Shown: positions 40,517 to 50,073 of the stretch, piece by piece
Numbering within the stretch: position 1 is the first letter of the stretch
Layout: each line of letters opens with the position of its first letter
DNA from: Candidatus Cloacimonadales bacterium
GTDB lineage: Bacteria > Cloacimonadota > Cloacimonadia > Cloacimonadales > JAFGVF01
Assembly: GCA_963678315.1 (NCBI GenBank)
Contig: OY782781.1
Span: 1,152,001 to 1,216,000 of the forward strand
DNA: 64,000 nt
Reading direction: 5' to 3'
The notes under the pieces: generated by a model
Told to the model about the DNA's origin: nothing
Seen by the model: the letters and a program-made list of their open reading frames with translations, nothing else
Database searches by the model: none
Program-made: the position numbers and the translations under genes

Positions 40517-40532
40517 TGCAAGCACTTAGCCA
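40517..40532 (-). promoter_or_regulatory. Putative sigma54 promoter of C25 peptidase 3
   Basis: TGGCTA-AGTGC-TTGCA (GG-N10-GC) about 42 nt upstream of ATG. Confidence 0.6.
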
Positions 40533-40613
40533 GAGATATAGTTTAATTACTTAAATGCATATAACTTATATTAAACTGCGTGTTGTTTTGAGTGAGTGGA
40601 AATAAAATCTTGA

Positions 40614-42503
40614 TTACTGGTCAGTGATTTCTTCTAGCTCTTCTAATCTCATTAACTTATCAAGAGATTCTTCTTCTAATTTGAGCTGTTCATTGGATAG
40701 GTCTTGGAAGTCTTGAGATGTTAGATTAGCTGCATTAGTTTCAATTGTATTTGTTATCTCGGCTAATCTTCTTTCAATAAACTCTAACCTAGAATTAATC
40801 TCTTCAAGTTCTTTCTTCTCTTTGAAAGATAACTTCTTTTTAACTGTCTTGACCTTTTGTGTTTTGACTTTATCAAGCTCTTCATCTTCTTCTTTTTGGA
40901 ATCTCTTGACTAGTAAGTAGTCTGAATAGTTACCAGCGAACTTTTTAATCTTGTTATCTTGGAAGATAAACAAGAAATCACAAACTCTATCCAAGAAGAA
41001 TCTATCATGGGAAACAACTAGAACACAACCGTCAAAAGCATCTAAGTAGTCTTCCAGAATCTTTAATGTTCTGATGTCTAAATCATTAGTAGGTTCATCA
41101 AGAATAATAAAGTTTGCTCCAAACATAAGAGATTTAAGTAAGTAAAGCCTTTTCTTTTCTCCACCAGATAGAGAAGATATTTTAGCTTGTTGCATCTTCC
41201 TGTCGAACAAGAATCTTTCCAGCATTTCAGCAGCTGAATGCAAAACACCGTCTTTGGTCCTTATATTATCGGCATAACTTGAAATATATTGATGAACAGA
41301 CTCTTTTTCAGGCATTGAATCAGCTTCTTGCTTAAAGTAAGCAAACTGAGTATTTACACCTAAAGTAACTTTACCAATGGTTGGTTTAAGCTCTTTGGTT
41401 AAGATTTTAAGTAAAGTGGTTTTACCGCAACCATTATCACCAATGATGCCAATTCTTTCAAACTTTTGGAACACATGTGAAAATCCATTGATAAGTGATT
41501 TATCATCGTATTGATGCTCAATGTTTCCTAGTTCAAGTATTCTTTTACCCATTCTATGTGACTGGAAAGATATGTCTAAATCTTGTTGTTCAATTAGATA
41601 TGATTTATCTAGAAGCTCTTTAACCCTATCAACATGATTCTTAGGCTTGGAAGATCTTGCCTTTGCGCCTCTTTTAAGCCATTTAAGCTCTTTTTGTAGT
41701 TGAGCTTTACGCCTAGTTTCTTTTCGCTGTAAATCAATATTCTCCATCTCTTTCTTTTCTACATAATAAGAATAATTACCTTCAAAGAAATTAACACTTC
41801 CTTCATCAAGTTCCATGATTTTATTGGAAACACTGTCTAGAAAGTATCTGTCATGAGTTACGAATATAATTGTTCCTTTATAGTCAGCTAAATAGTTTTG
41901 TAGCCATTCTATAGAATCAATATCTAAGTGGTTAGTAGGTTCATCAAGAATAAGAATATCAGGTTCTTGAAGAAGTATACTTGCTAAGTCAACCTTACGC
42001 TTCTGACCACCAGATAGAAATCTAATTTTCTGGGAATACTCACTGATTCCAAGCTTAGTAAGATAACTCTTAGCTTTTGCTTCAATGCTCCATGCCTGCT
42101 TTTGTTCAATCTTTTCAGCTAAATGAGCAAGCTTATCCCAATTCTCTTGGATAGGATTAAGATTACTTTCTTCGGAAGCAAGGTAATAGTCTTTTAGTAG
42201 TTTCATCTCTTCTCGGTCAGAAGAATAAATCTGCTCTAAAATGGATAGGTTCTCATCTAATTCAGGAATCTGTTGTAAATAACCAATTTTGAGATTATTT
42301 CTGTAAGTAATGTTACCTGAATCAACCTCTTCTTTGCCTGTTAATATTTTTAGAAAGGTTGTCTTTCCACAACCATTAACACCAATTATTCCAATCTTTT
42401 CCCCAGAATGAATACCAAAATTTGCTTCATTTAATATATCTTTATCAACAAATGTTTTATTAACATTATTTACTGTAACTAATATTTCTCCAACAGAAAT
42501 CAA
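40614..42503 (-). CDS. uup: ABC-F family ATPase (Uup-like)
   Basis: Two NBDs (GVNGCGKT, LSGGQ, LDEPTNHLD; GDNGCGKT, LSGGE, LDEPTNDLD), no TM, C-terminal KKLSFKEKKELE coiled coil. Confidence 0.88.
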   Translation of the reverse strand: MISVGEILVTVNNVNKTFVDKDILNEANFGIHSGEKIGIIGVNGCGKTTFLKILTGKEEVDSGNITYRNNLKIGYLQQIPELDENLSILEQIYSSDREEMKLLKDYYLASEESNLNPIQENWDKLAHLAEKIEQKQAWSIEAKAKSYLTKLGISEYSQKIRFLSGGQKRKVDLASILLQEPDILILDEPTNHLDIDSIEWLQNYLADYKGTIIFVTHDRYFLDSVSNKIMELDEGSVNFFEGNYSYYVEKKEMENIDLQRKETRRKAQLQKELKWLKRGAKARSSKPKNHVDRVKELLDKSYLIEQQDLDISFQSHRMGKRILELGNIEHQYDDKSLINGFSHVFQKFERIGIIGDNGCGKTTLLKILTKELKPTIGKVTLGVNTQFAYFKQEADSMPEKESVHQYISSYADNIRTKDGVLHSAAEMLERFLFDRKMQQAKISSLSGGEKKRLYLLKSLMFGANFIILDEPTNDLDIRTLKILEDYLDAFDGCVLVVSHDRFFLDRVCDFLFIFQDNKIKKFAGNYSDYLLVKRFQKEEDEELDKVKTQKVKTVKKKLSFKEKKELEEINSRLEFIERRLAEITNTIETNAANLTSQDFQDLSNEQLKLEEESLDKLMRLEELEEITDQ

Positions 42504-42513
42504 TATATATTCC

Positions 42514-43578
42514 TTAATTATCTAAAAGTTTTTTTCTAATTTTAGCACTTACTAAGTCCATTATCCAAACAGTCAACGCTATTAAGCAGACTATAGTTCC
42601 AACCCCATTCCAATCAGTCATTTGTTGCTTTTGAAATAGTTGCAGACCTATACCTCCGCCACCAACAAAACCAACAATAGTTGCCATTCTTACATTAATA
42701 TCCCAACGGTATATAGTAAAGGCTAAGAAGGGGTTTATGATTTGAGGTATAACAGCATACTTCCATATCTGCCAAGTATTAGCCCCAGTAGAAGTAATTG
42801 CTTCGATAGGACCTTGGTCAATATTCTCAATCTGTTCCGAGTAAAGCTTTATAAGGGCAGCAATGGAATGAGTCATCAAAGCTAACATACCAGCAAAAGG
42901 TCCGATTCCAACCCACACAGCAAAGATGATTGCCCAAACAATAGCTTCAATTGATCTTACAACAGTAGAAATTGTTCTAACAGTGGTGTAGATTGTTCTA
43001 CCGATAGCAGAATTACCCATCAAGTTGGACGCACCTAAGAAGCTGAAAGCAAATGCAACTGGTACAGCAAAGATAGTCGCCATCAATGCTAAATAAATAG
43101 TTTTTACTAATTCTCCCAACATTGGTACGAATATATCCATATCAGGGTGAAAGAGTCCTCTTAGCACATTAACAGTTCCTTTAATCCCAGTAAAGAACTC
43201 AAGTAAACTTATTTCTACTAGAGCCCATCCAAGTGCTAAAGTTAAGATTAAGGTAATTATAAAGACATTCGAGTGTAGTTTTCTAAAATTAAAGAACTCG
43301 AATTCTCTTTCAGAATAAATTACTTTACCAGGTGATTTTGCTAACAGATTTAATATAATGCCAACAATAATTGAAAATATTATAAGTAAAACTATGCTAA
43401 AGTTTTGATAACACCATGTATCGACTAGTGAAGTTAAATCTTTATTTATGTTAAAAGTAGTGAGGATTTCATTCAGGTTAAGAGTAATATCAGTCCATGT
43501 ATTCACGAAATAGAAGATAATCGAACAGATGTATAAGCTAAACAAGTAGTCTACTAAAAATGCTTTAATTTTATTCAT
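42514..43578 (-). CDS. phnE: Phosphonate/phosphite/phosphate ABC transporter permease
   Basis: GIGPFAG.LAL, EQIENID.GPIEA...GA, RWDINVR..TIVG.VGGGGIG; start likely ATG 43578. Confidence 0.9.
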   Translation of the reverse strand: MNKIKAFLVDYLFSLYICSIIFYFVNTWTDITLNLNEILTTFNINKDLTSLVDTWCYQNFSIVLLIIFSIIVGIILNLLAKSPGKVIYSEREFEFFNFRKLHSNVFIITLILTLALGWALVEISLLEFFTGIKGTVNVLRGLFHPDMDIFVPMLGELVKTIYLALMATIFAVPVAFAFSFLGASNLMGNSAIGRTIYTTVRTISTVVRSIEAIVWAIIFAVWVGIGPFAGMLALMTHSIAALIKLYSEQIENIDQGPIEAITSTGANTWQIWKYAVIPQIINPFLAFTIYRWDINVRMATIVGFVGGGGIGLQLFQKQQMTDWNGVGTIVCLIALTVWIMDLVSAKIRKKLLDN

Positions 43579-43579
43579 G

Positions 43580-44332
43580 TTATCTAATCTCCACTTCCTC
43601 TGCATCTTCACCATATATTTGTTTGAATTTGAATTCGTCTATCTCATGAGGGTTACCTGAGAACTTCACGCTTCCATCTTTTAAGGCAACAACTCTAGTT
43701 CCATATTTTCTTGCTAGACTTAAGAAGTGAAGAGAGCAAATAACAGTTATTCCATCTTCTTGGTTTAATCTTCCTAAATAGCTCATAACAGAATCAGCAG
43801 TTGCAGGATCAAGACTGGCTACAGGCTCATCAGCAAGTATCATCTTTGGTCGTTGCATTAAAGCTCTTGCTATTGCTACTCTTTGCTGTTGACCACCACT
43901 CAAATTCTTAACTTTACGCTTAGCAAAGTCTTGTAGTCCAACTCTTTCTAGATTATGCATAGCAAATTCTTTTTCTTCTTTACTCCAGTGAGATAATACA
44001 CTATGCTTGCTAAGATTTCCCGTAAGAACATTAGTTAGCACAGAGATATTTTTAACCAGATTAAACTGTTGGAATATCATAGCTATATCACTTCTGATTT
44101 GTCTCAACTCGCCCTTTTTAGCAGACTCAATGTGTTTGCCTTGGAATATTATCTGACCGCTTGTTGGTTCAATTAATCTGTTGATACAGCGAAGTAGGGT
44201 AGACTTGCCTGAACCTGACAAACCTAATAGAATTACAAACTCATCCTCAGAGATGCTAAGGTCAACATCTCTTAGGGCATGAGTTTCACTATTATAAAAC
44301 TTATTTAGTTTCTTTATATCAAGAGTTTTCAT
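43580..44332 (-). CDS. phnC: Phosphonate ABC transporter ATP-binding protein
   Basis: GLSGSGKST, IFQQFNLV, LSGGQQQRV, ILADEPVASLDP. Confidence 0.92.
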   Translation of the reverse strand: MKTLDIKKLNKFYNSETHALRDVDLSISEDEFVILLGLSGSGKSTLLRCINRLIEPTSGQIIFQGKHIESAKKGELRQIRSDIAMIFQQFNLVKNISVLTNVLTGNLSKHSVLSHWSKEEKEFAMHNLERVGLQDFAKRKVKNLSGGQQQRVAIARALMQRPKMILADEPVASLDPATADSVMSYLGRLNQEDGITVICSLHFLSLARKYGTRVVALKDGSVKFSGNPHEIDEFKFKQIYGEDAEEVEIR

Positions 44333-44333
44333 C

Positions 44334-45239
44334 TTAAAGCTTTAACAATCCTTTGTTTTCAATCATTTCTAGAGTTTCTCTTATTTCATCATAAGCACTA
44401 TCGTCAACTCTTTTTAAGCCATCAACTTCATAAAGCTCTTTAAACGCTTTTTTACCTTCAGGGGTTTCTTTGAATGTATTGATTGCTTCAATCAATTTAT
44501 CTGCAACATCTTTAGGTAAGTCTTTTCTGAAAGTACAATTATCATTAGGAATCCAATCTGTGAATCCAACTATCTTTGTCTTTGTGAATACATCAGGAAC
44601 ATCAGTCAAAAGTTTCTTCCTAGCATCTTGAGGTACACCGTCAATTGCTGGAGACCAGTATGTACAAGCAACATCTGCTTTACCTTCAAGTACAGCTCTG
44701 ACTGCACTATCATGGCCACCAACAAATATCTTCTCTTTAGGAATTATATTGTTTTTTGCTAACAATACTGATGGAATTACGTAACCAGATGTTGATGCTG
44801 CGTCTGTATAAGCAATGACTTTACCTTGAATATCTTCAATAGATTTTATTTCTGAGTTTGCTCTAGTTATGAATTGCCCTCTGTACTCTGATAATCCATG
44901 TCTTACAGTTTGGAAGGTAGCATAAGCTCCATATTTCTTATTAGCTAAGTAGTAAGCGTAAGTTGGTAACCATGCTACATCTGCTCTGCCAACCCCCATT
45001 GTTTCCACGACTGCTGCATAGCTAGTCGGAACTTCTGATTCTATCTCATAACCTGTCAATTCTTCTAATGCTTCTTCAATGATTTTACCAGAAGACATCA
45101 ATTTATTCTGTTCTAATGAAGGTACAAAATACATGGTTATAGGGTTACTTTTTGTCCCTTTAGGACCTTTTGTACATCCAACTAGTGTTGCAATAATTAC
45201 AGCTATTAACAATATACGACTTATAATCTTCATTATCAC
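44334..45239 (-). CDS. phnD: Phosphate/phosphite/phosphonate ABC transporter substrate-binding lipoprotein
   Basis: Lipobox LVGC, SYAAVVE, ASTSGY..P, GGHD, IPND. Confidence 0.88.
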   Translation of the reverse strand: MIMKIISRILLIAVIIATLVGCTKGPKGTKSNPITMYFVPSLEQNKLMSSGKIIEEALEELTGYEIESEVPTSYAAVVETMGVGRADVAWLPTYAYYLANKKYGAYATFQTVRHGLSEYRGQFITRANSEIKSIEDIQGKVIAYTDAASTSGYVIPSVLLAKNNIIPKEKIFVGGHDSAVRAVLEGKADVACTYWSPAIDGVPQDARKKLLTDVPDVFTKTKIVGFTDWIPNDNCTFRKDLPKDVADKLIEAINTFKETPEGKKAFKELYEVDGLKRVDDSAYDEIRETLEMIENKGLLKL

Positions 45240-45246
45240 CTCAACT

Positions 45247-45930
45247 TTATAGAATATCTTTTAAATCTAAAAGATTTGTTATATGGAAATCAGGTACAAT
45301 TTCAGAAGTTTTCTCTAAAGGATTATACCAACAAGTTGAAATACCTGCATTTATTCCACCTTTTATGTCTGAGTTTATACTATCTCCAATCATTAAAATA
45401 CTATCGTCTTTGTTTATATTACTTTTCTCGAATAATGTGCTAAAGAAACCAATATCAGGTTTTTGATAACCTAGTTCTTGGGAAATTCCTATATAAGAAA
45501 AATAAGCTAGCATCTCTGAAGATTTAAGCCTTGGGTATTGAACATCAGGTAAACCATTACTTGCCAGAAGAATATTATAACCTTTTTCTTGTAGATAATT
45601 AAGAATCTCATAACTTCCAGGAAGTGGGTGAGCATTTTGGGATAAGAATCTAGTATACTGGTCAGCGCAGTCATAAGGATCAACATCTTTTTTCCCAATT
45701 TGTGTCATGAATTCTTTGTGTCGCATCACCTTTAAATCAGATATACTGATTCTTCCTTCTTCATATTTTTTCCAAAAACCATTGTTAATAGTTTTATATT
45801 TGTATCTTAAATCTTGAAAATCACCTTGAATATGATAAAAATCAAACAAGTTCTCTAGTGCTTTTTGTTCTGCTAAATCATAATCTAATAGTGTATTATC
45901 TAAATCAAATATTATATGCTTAAACTTCAT
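45247..45930 (-). CDS. yjjG: YjjG-family HAD nucleotidase
   Basis: FDLDNTLLDY, SNG, KPD, MIGDSINSDIKGG; start likely ATG 45930. Confidence 0.82.
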   Translation of the reverse strand: MKFKHIIFDLDNTLLDYDLAEQKALENLFDFYHIQGDFQDLRYKYKTINNGFWKKYEEGRISISDLKVMRHKEFMTQIGKKDVDPYDCADQYTRFLSQNAHPLPGSYEILNYLQEKGYNILLASNGLPDVQYPRLKSSEMLAYFSYIGISQELGYQKPDIGFFSTLFEKSNINKDDSILMIGDSINSDIKGGINAGISTCWYNPLEKTSEIVPDFHITNLLDLKDIL

Positions 45931-47207
45931 TACTTCCCTTTTGTTTTTATTTCCCATCCCTCAAATAGAGGATTTGTTATTAATATATTTCTATCTAGCT
46001 CTTCAATAATTTTATCTTGGCTATAGTTGTCTAAGGTAATTCCTTCAGAATTAAAGATATCACCCGAGAATACAGGAATCTCATTAGTTCTGAGTTGCAT
46101 TTGTTTGTTTATGTCTTGAAAGGTTAATAAGCCACAGACAGTTACAGTCTCTCCCATAAAGTAATTCTTAATCTTTACAGTTCTAGCTCTTAGGGGAGCG
46201 ATTAAATGGTCTAGTTCTTCAACTATTTTGCTGATAAAACCATAAGCTGATTCGCCTGTTACAAAAAGTAAATCTTGCTTTACTTCATCTTTAATATAAT
46301 CAGCAAAAACTTCTTTATCATAATCCCAGTTATCTAAGAACATTCTTACCATACCAATACCATTTTCTATCTCATCGTAGGAACCATAGTAACTGCTTTC
46401 TGGGATTTCTCTATCAGCTTGAATAAAGAATTCGTCTGAAGCATAAATATTCTCAAAATTAGCTTTGAATTTATCAACTGTATCGAGAACTTTTGTCGCA
46501 AGACCTGGAGTAAACATTGGAAGCTTTTTTAAATGTCCTCTATGTTTAGTGATTCCAACAGGTACAACACCAATTCCAATTGTATTTAATTCAGGATTAG
46601 TCAGTTCTCTTAATGATCTTTCTAGTTGCTCACCATCATTATATCCAGGAACTAGAACTAGTTGAGTATGATACTCAATCCCACCCTTAGCTAATTTTCT
46701 TAATCTAGAAAGAATATCACAATCTTGCTTATATCCCATCATCTCTTTTCTTAGCTGGGGATTAGTAGCATGTACTGAAACATATAATGGCGTGATTTTC
46801 ATCTTGATTATTTTATCTATTATCTCTTCACTTAAGTTGGTAAGTGTTATGTAATTACCATAAATGAAAGAATAAGCATAATCGTCATCTTTTATGTATA
46901 ATGATTCTCGCATTCCTGAAGGCATCTGATCAACAAAACAGAAGATACAATTATTTGTGCATTCTCTGCATCTATGCTCTTCTGTTAAAACACCTAAAGG
47001 AGCTTCAATACTCTTTTCTAAATGCTTAGTTAGCAAGTGACCTTCATTAATAATTTCAATAACTAATTCTTCTTCAGCTGAAAAGTAGTTAATATCTAGA
47101 AAATCATAGATATGATTTCCATTTATTTTAACTATAAAATCGTTAGCTTTTATGCCAACTTCTTCCGCTAGAGAACCATTTTCAACTTGAATTACTTTTA
47201 TTGCCAT
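45930..47207 (-). CDS. PDZ + radical-SAM-like Fe-S protein (DUF512 family)
   Basis: N-terminal PDZ (GSLAEEVGI), CTNNCIFC, KDDD...F.YGNYITLTN, SVHATNP, IENGIG. Confidence 0.85.
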   Translation of the reverse strand: MAIKVIQVENGSLAEEVGIKANDFIVKINGNHIYDFLDINYFSAEEELVIEIINEGHLLTKHLEKSIEAPLGVLTEEHRCRECTNNCIFCFVDQMPSGMRESLYIKDDDYAYSFIYGNYITLTNLSEEIIDKIIKMKITPLYVSVHATNPQLRKEMMGYKQDCDILSRLRKLAKGGIEYHTQLVLVPGYNDGEQLERSLRELTNPELNTIGIGVVPVGITKHRGHLKKLPMFTPGLATKVLDTVDKFKANFENIYASDEFFIQADREIPESSYYGSYDEIENGIGMVRMFLDNWDYDKEVFADYIKDEVKQDLLFVTGESAYGFISKIVEELDHLIAPLRARTVKIKNYFMGETVTVCGLLTFQDINKQMQLRTNEIPVFSGDIFNSEGITLDNYSQDKIIEELDRNILITNPLFEGWEIKTKGK

Positions 47208-47498
47208 GTCTTTGTATTTATTACCTTTATTTTATGTTTTCTATAGTTTACTATTTTTTTCCTAAGTTAATTAGTGTCTAGCTTTTTTGTGTAAAATGAT
47301 ATTCACAATTGATTATCAGTAATATACAATATTATTTTAGATAGGCATTCTGTAATGCTAACACACTATTGAACAACATTAAAGCTAATCTAATCATTTT
47401 AAAAACTTCTTAAAAGAGAAAAATTCTTCTTGACTAAAGTTAGCTTTTTATAACACCTGTATTTATTAGTAAATACTAACAAATCATTAGGAGTTATT

Positions 47499-48518
47499 AT
47501 GAGAAAGTTATTTATTATGTTTACGATTTTATTCGTAGTGGGGAACATTTATTCTTATCAGCTTGAGATGCCTAAAATCCATGCTGGTATCATGCTCGAT
47601 AGTAAGTTTTATAGTGGGGACCATGCTAATTCTGGTGACTATAATACTACTAACAGATATCAAGTCAGAAAAGCTGCATTTGAAGTATATGGTAGATTAG
47701 ACGAACAAATAAGTTATTCTATTGAAGCAGGAATCTCTACTTGTGTGGGAGCAGGAACTAACCTAAAACTGATGAATGCAGTTATTGAGTATGAATGGAA
47801 TGAGAATATTACTTTAGCCTTGCAACAAGGGCATGTCTTAAGAGGATTCTCTGGTGTTACAGAATGTAGCGACAGAATTCCCTTAGAAAGACCAGTCTTC
47901 TATACTTCTATGACGACATGTCATCCTACAGGTTTTGTTGCAAACTTCTATTATGACCTTCCAGCAAATACATCAATAGAATTTGAAGCAGGTCTTATGA
48001 ATGGTACTACCGAAACATTAGATGGAGAGCATGATTTTAACTTTGGTGCTATTTACACAAGTCCAATACCTGGTTTGTCAGTAACTGGTGTGTATAACCA
48101 TACAAGTGCAAACTATTATATTGATGGCAAGAACCAAAGCAAAGATGGTAATCGAATTATTGCTGGTTTAAAATATGAATTGGATAATCTTAGCTTAAGT
48201 GGCGAATATTATACAGGTGAGGGTTTTGATACTTATGACCGTGAATACGATGCTTATTATTTATTAGCAGCTTATCGAATAGATACTAATTTCACAAGCA
48301 AGATTTCTTATATTCAACCTTATGCCCGTTATACCTTTTGGGATAAAGCGGCTGAAGATGACATAGATAATCAATATACATTCTTGGATCTTGGAATCAA
48401 TATTTCTCTTTCTTCTACAACTAAGTTGAAATTAGGCTATCAGAAGAATCTAGACCAACCAGAAGAATTTAAAGAAAGTCCTTCATGCCTAATGGCAAGA
48501 CTTCAAATCAATATTTAG
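47499..48518 (+). CDS. Putative outer-membrane porin (OprO/P-like)
   Basis: Signal peptide, VRKA..EV.G, LSGEYY.G, QPYARY, terminal ARLQINI beta-strand. Confidence 0.6.
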   Translation: MRKLFIMFTILFVVGNIYSYQLEMPKIHAGIMLDSKFYSGDHANSGDYNTTNRYQVRKAAFEVYGRLDEQISYSIEAGISTCVGAGTNLKLMNAVIEYEWNENITLALQQGHVLRGFSGVTECSDRIPLERPVFYTSMTTCHPTGFVANFYYDLPANTSIEFEAGLMNGTTETLDGEHDFNFGAIYTSPIPGLSVTGVYNHTSANYYIDGKNQSKDGNRIIAGLKYELDNLSLSGEYYTGEGFDTYDREYDAYYLLAAYRIDTNFTSKISYIQPYARYTFWDKAAEDDIDNQYTFLDLGINISLSSTTKLKLGYQKNLDQPEEFKESPSCLMARLQINI

Positions 48519-48526
48519 GAGGAAAC

Positions 48527-49408
48527 ATGAAAAAAATTTATACTATTATTATATCTATTATAGCCATTTTAGCTGTAAATGCTGAAACAGTCACTTTAAG
48601 TCCTATAAGTGACACATATACTGATGTTGAACACCCATCCGAGTCTCCCGTTCTTACAGAGCTATGGACAGCTAATTTTACACCTGCTGGTATGTTTCAA
48701 AGAATCGTAATTGATTTCGACTTGAACGACGTCCTCCAAAGCAATGTCACACATGCAGAGCTTAATCTAACACGTTTTTTTAGCTGTCCAAGCTCTGGTT
48801 CAACAATAACTAAAATCTATCCGATTACAGAAGAATGGAATGAATCTTCCTGCAATCCTCATTCACATTTAGCTTATGACGTGAACATATACCAAGAAGT
48901 TCCTTTTATTGGAACAGGAGGATCTTCTATTGTTCAGTTTAACATTGATATTACTCAGCTAATTAACGATATACAGGATTCTGAGATTGATTTTCATGGC
49001 TTCGTAATCATTGCTAACTCTGGTCAGAAGTTCAGTAAATTCTATTCTAAAGAATATTCAAATGAAGATTATCGACCTAATTTAAGTATCGATTATTCTC
49101 CAGTAGCAAATGCTGGTGATGCTATTGAGCTTACAAGCCTAAAAGCAGATGTTTATCCTAATCCTTTCAATCCTACAACTACAATCTCCTTTTCAAATTC
49201 GTCAAACAATGATGTTACTATCTCAATATTTGATTTGAGAGGGAGATTGATTAAAAAGATAAGTCATATTGATTCTAAGAATGGTGAAAATAGTATTACT
49301 TGGAATGGTAAAGATTATAATAATAAAGAAGTTTCTTCTGGTATCTACTTCGCTAGAGTGGACAATAAGAATGAAGCAGTAACAAAGAAACTAATATTAC
49401 AAAAGTGA
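48527..49408 (+). CDS. Secreted DNRLRE-like domain protein with T9SS-type-A CTD
   Basis: AGGAGG RBS before ATG 48527; DTY, FDL..AEL.L, WNE, DIT, FYSKE...RP.L; VYPNPFNP...KLILQK. Confidence 0.75.
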   Translation: MKKIYTIIISIIAILAVNAETVTLSPISDTYTDVEHPSESPVLTELWTANFTPAGMFQRIVIDFDLNDVLQSNVTHAELNLTRFFSCPSSGSTITKIYPITEEWNESSCNPHSHLAYDVNIYQEVPFIGTGGSSIVQFNIDITQLINDIQDSEIDFHGFVIIANSGQKFSKFYSKEYSNEDYRPNLSIDYSPVANAGDAIELTSLKADVYPNPFNPTTTISFSNSSNNDVTISIFDLRGRLIKKISHIDSKNGENSITWNGKDYNNKEVSSGIYFARVDNKNEAVTKKLILQK

Positions 49409-49415
49409 TAAAATC

Positions 49416-49898
49416 ATGAAAAGAGTATCTCTATTTTTACTAGTTTTGCTTATTTGTATTAAACTATTTGCAGTTTCAGAACAACAACGATTGGTTGATT
49501 ATCTAGACGATAATAATTATTCAAATTATGAAGTTATAGTTACGGAAGATAGCTTAATATATGCCCAGATCAAAAAGAAGGATACAGCAACTTATCTAGT
49601 ATTGAGTTCAGATAATCTTGAAGTGCATGGATATGAAGGAAAAACAAAAGTTGCCCTCTTTTTTGATAGTCTTGCCAACATTTTAGAAGTGAAAATTGTT
49701 AAATCTAGGGATACTCGTTCATTTGTTAAAAGACTAAAAAGCTCAAATTTTCTTGAACAGTTCGTGAATTGGAAGGGTAAAGGTGAAATTGTTTCTAAAA
49801 CAGGAGTAACCTTTACCTCCGACTCCGTTACCCAAACAGTTAAAAATCTAATCCCTTATATAAATAGAATCTCTAAAATAATTAATCAACAAGATTAG
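49416..49898 (+). CDS. Exported FMN-binding domain protein (RnfG/NqrC-like domain)
   Basis: Signal peptide, GYEG, S.DT, FLEQF, KTGVTFTS (variant of TGAT.TS). Confidence 0.7.
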   Translation: MKRVSLFLLVLLICIKLFAVSEQQRLVDYLDDNNYSNYEVIVTEDSLIYAQIKKKDTATYLVLSSDNLEVHGYEGKTKVALFFDSLANILEVKIVKSRDTRSFVKRLKSSNFLEQFVNWKGKGEIVSKTGVTFTSDSVTQTVKNLIPYINRISKIINQQD

Positions 49899-49924
49899 TT
49901 ATTTCTTCTATTCATTAACCAGAT

Positions 49925-49960
49925 AAATAAACACCTGCCTAGGTAGGTGTTTATTTTATT
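49925..49960 (+). terminator. Intrinsic terminator
   Basis: AAACACCTGC/GTAGGTGTTT stem plus T-rich tail. Confidence 0.65.
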
Positions 49961-50019
49961 ATACGAACTAGCTTTACTCTGCGAAGTCAAAGCAATATTA
50001 TCCTTTATATTATAGACAA

Positions 50020-50050
50020 TAAAAAAAGCTCACAGATAAACTGAGAGCTT
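50020..50050 (-). terminator. Intrinsic terminator
   Basis: AAAGCTC.CAG/CTG.GAGCTTT stem plus T-run on minus strand. Confidence 0.7.
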
Positions 50051-50073
50051 TGAAAATTTAATTAATTAACTAT

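Noticed and set aside
47343..47359. Sigma54 promoter for the porin operon (AGGCATTCTGTAATGCT)
   Set aside because: Spacing is GG-N11-GC, not the invariant N10.
47499..48518. c-type cytochrome (TTCH)
   Set aside because: No complete CxxCH motif.
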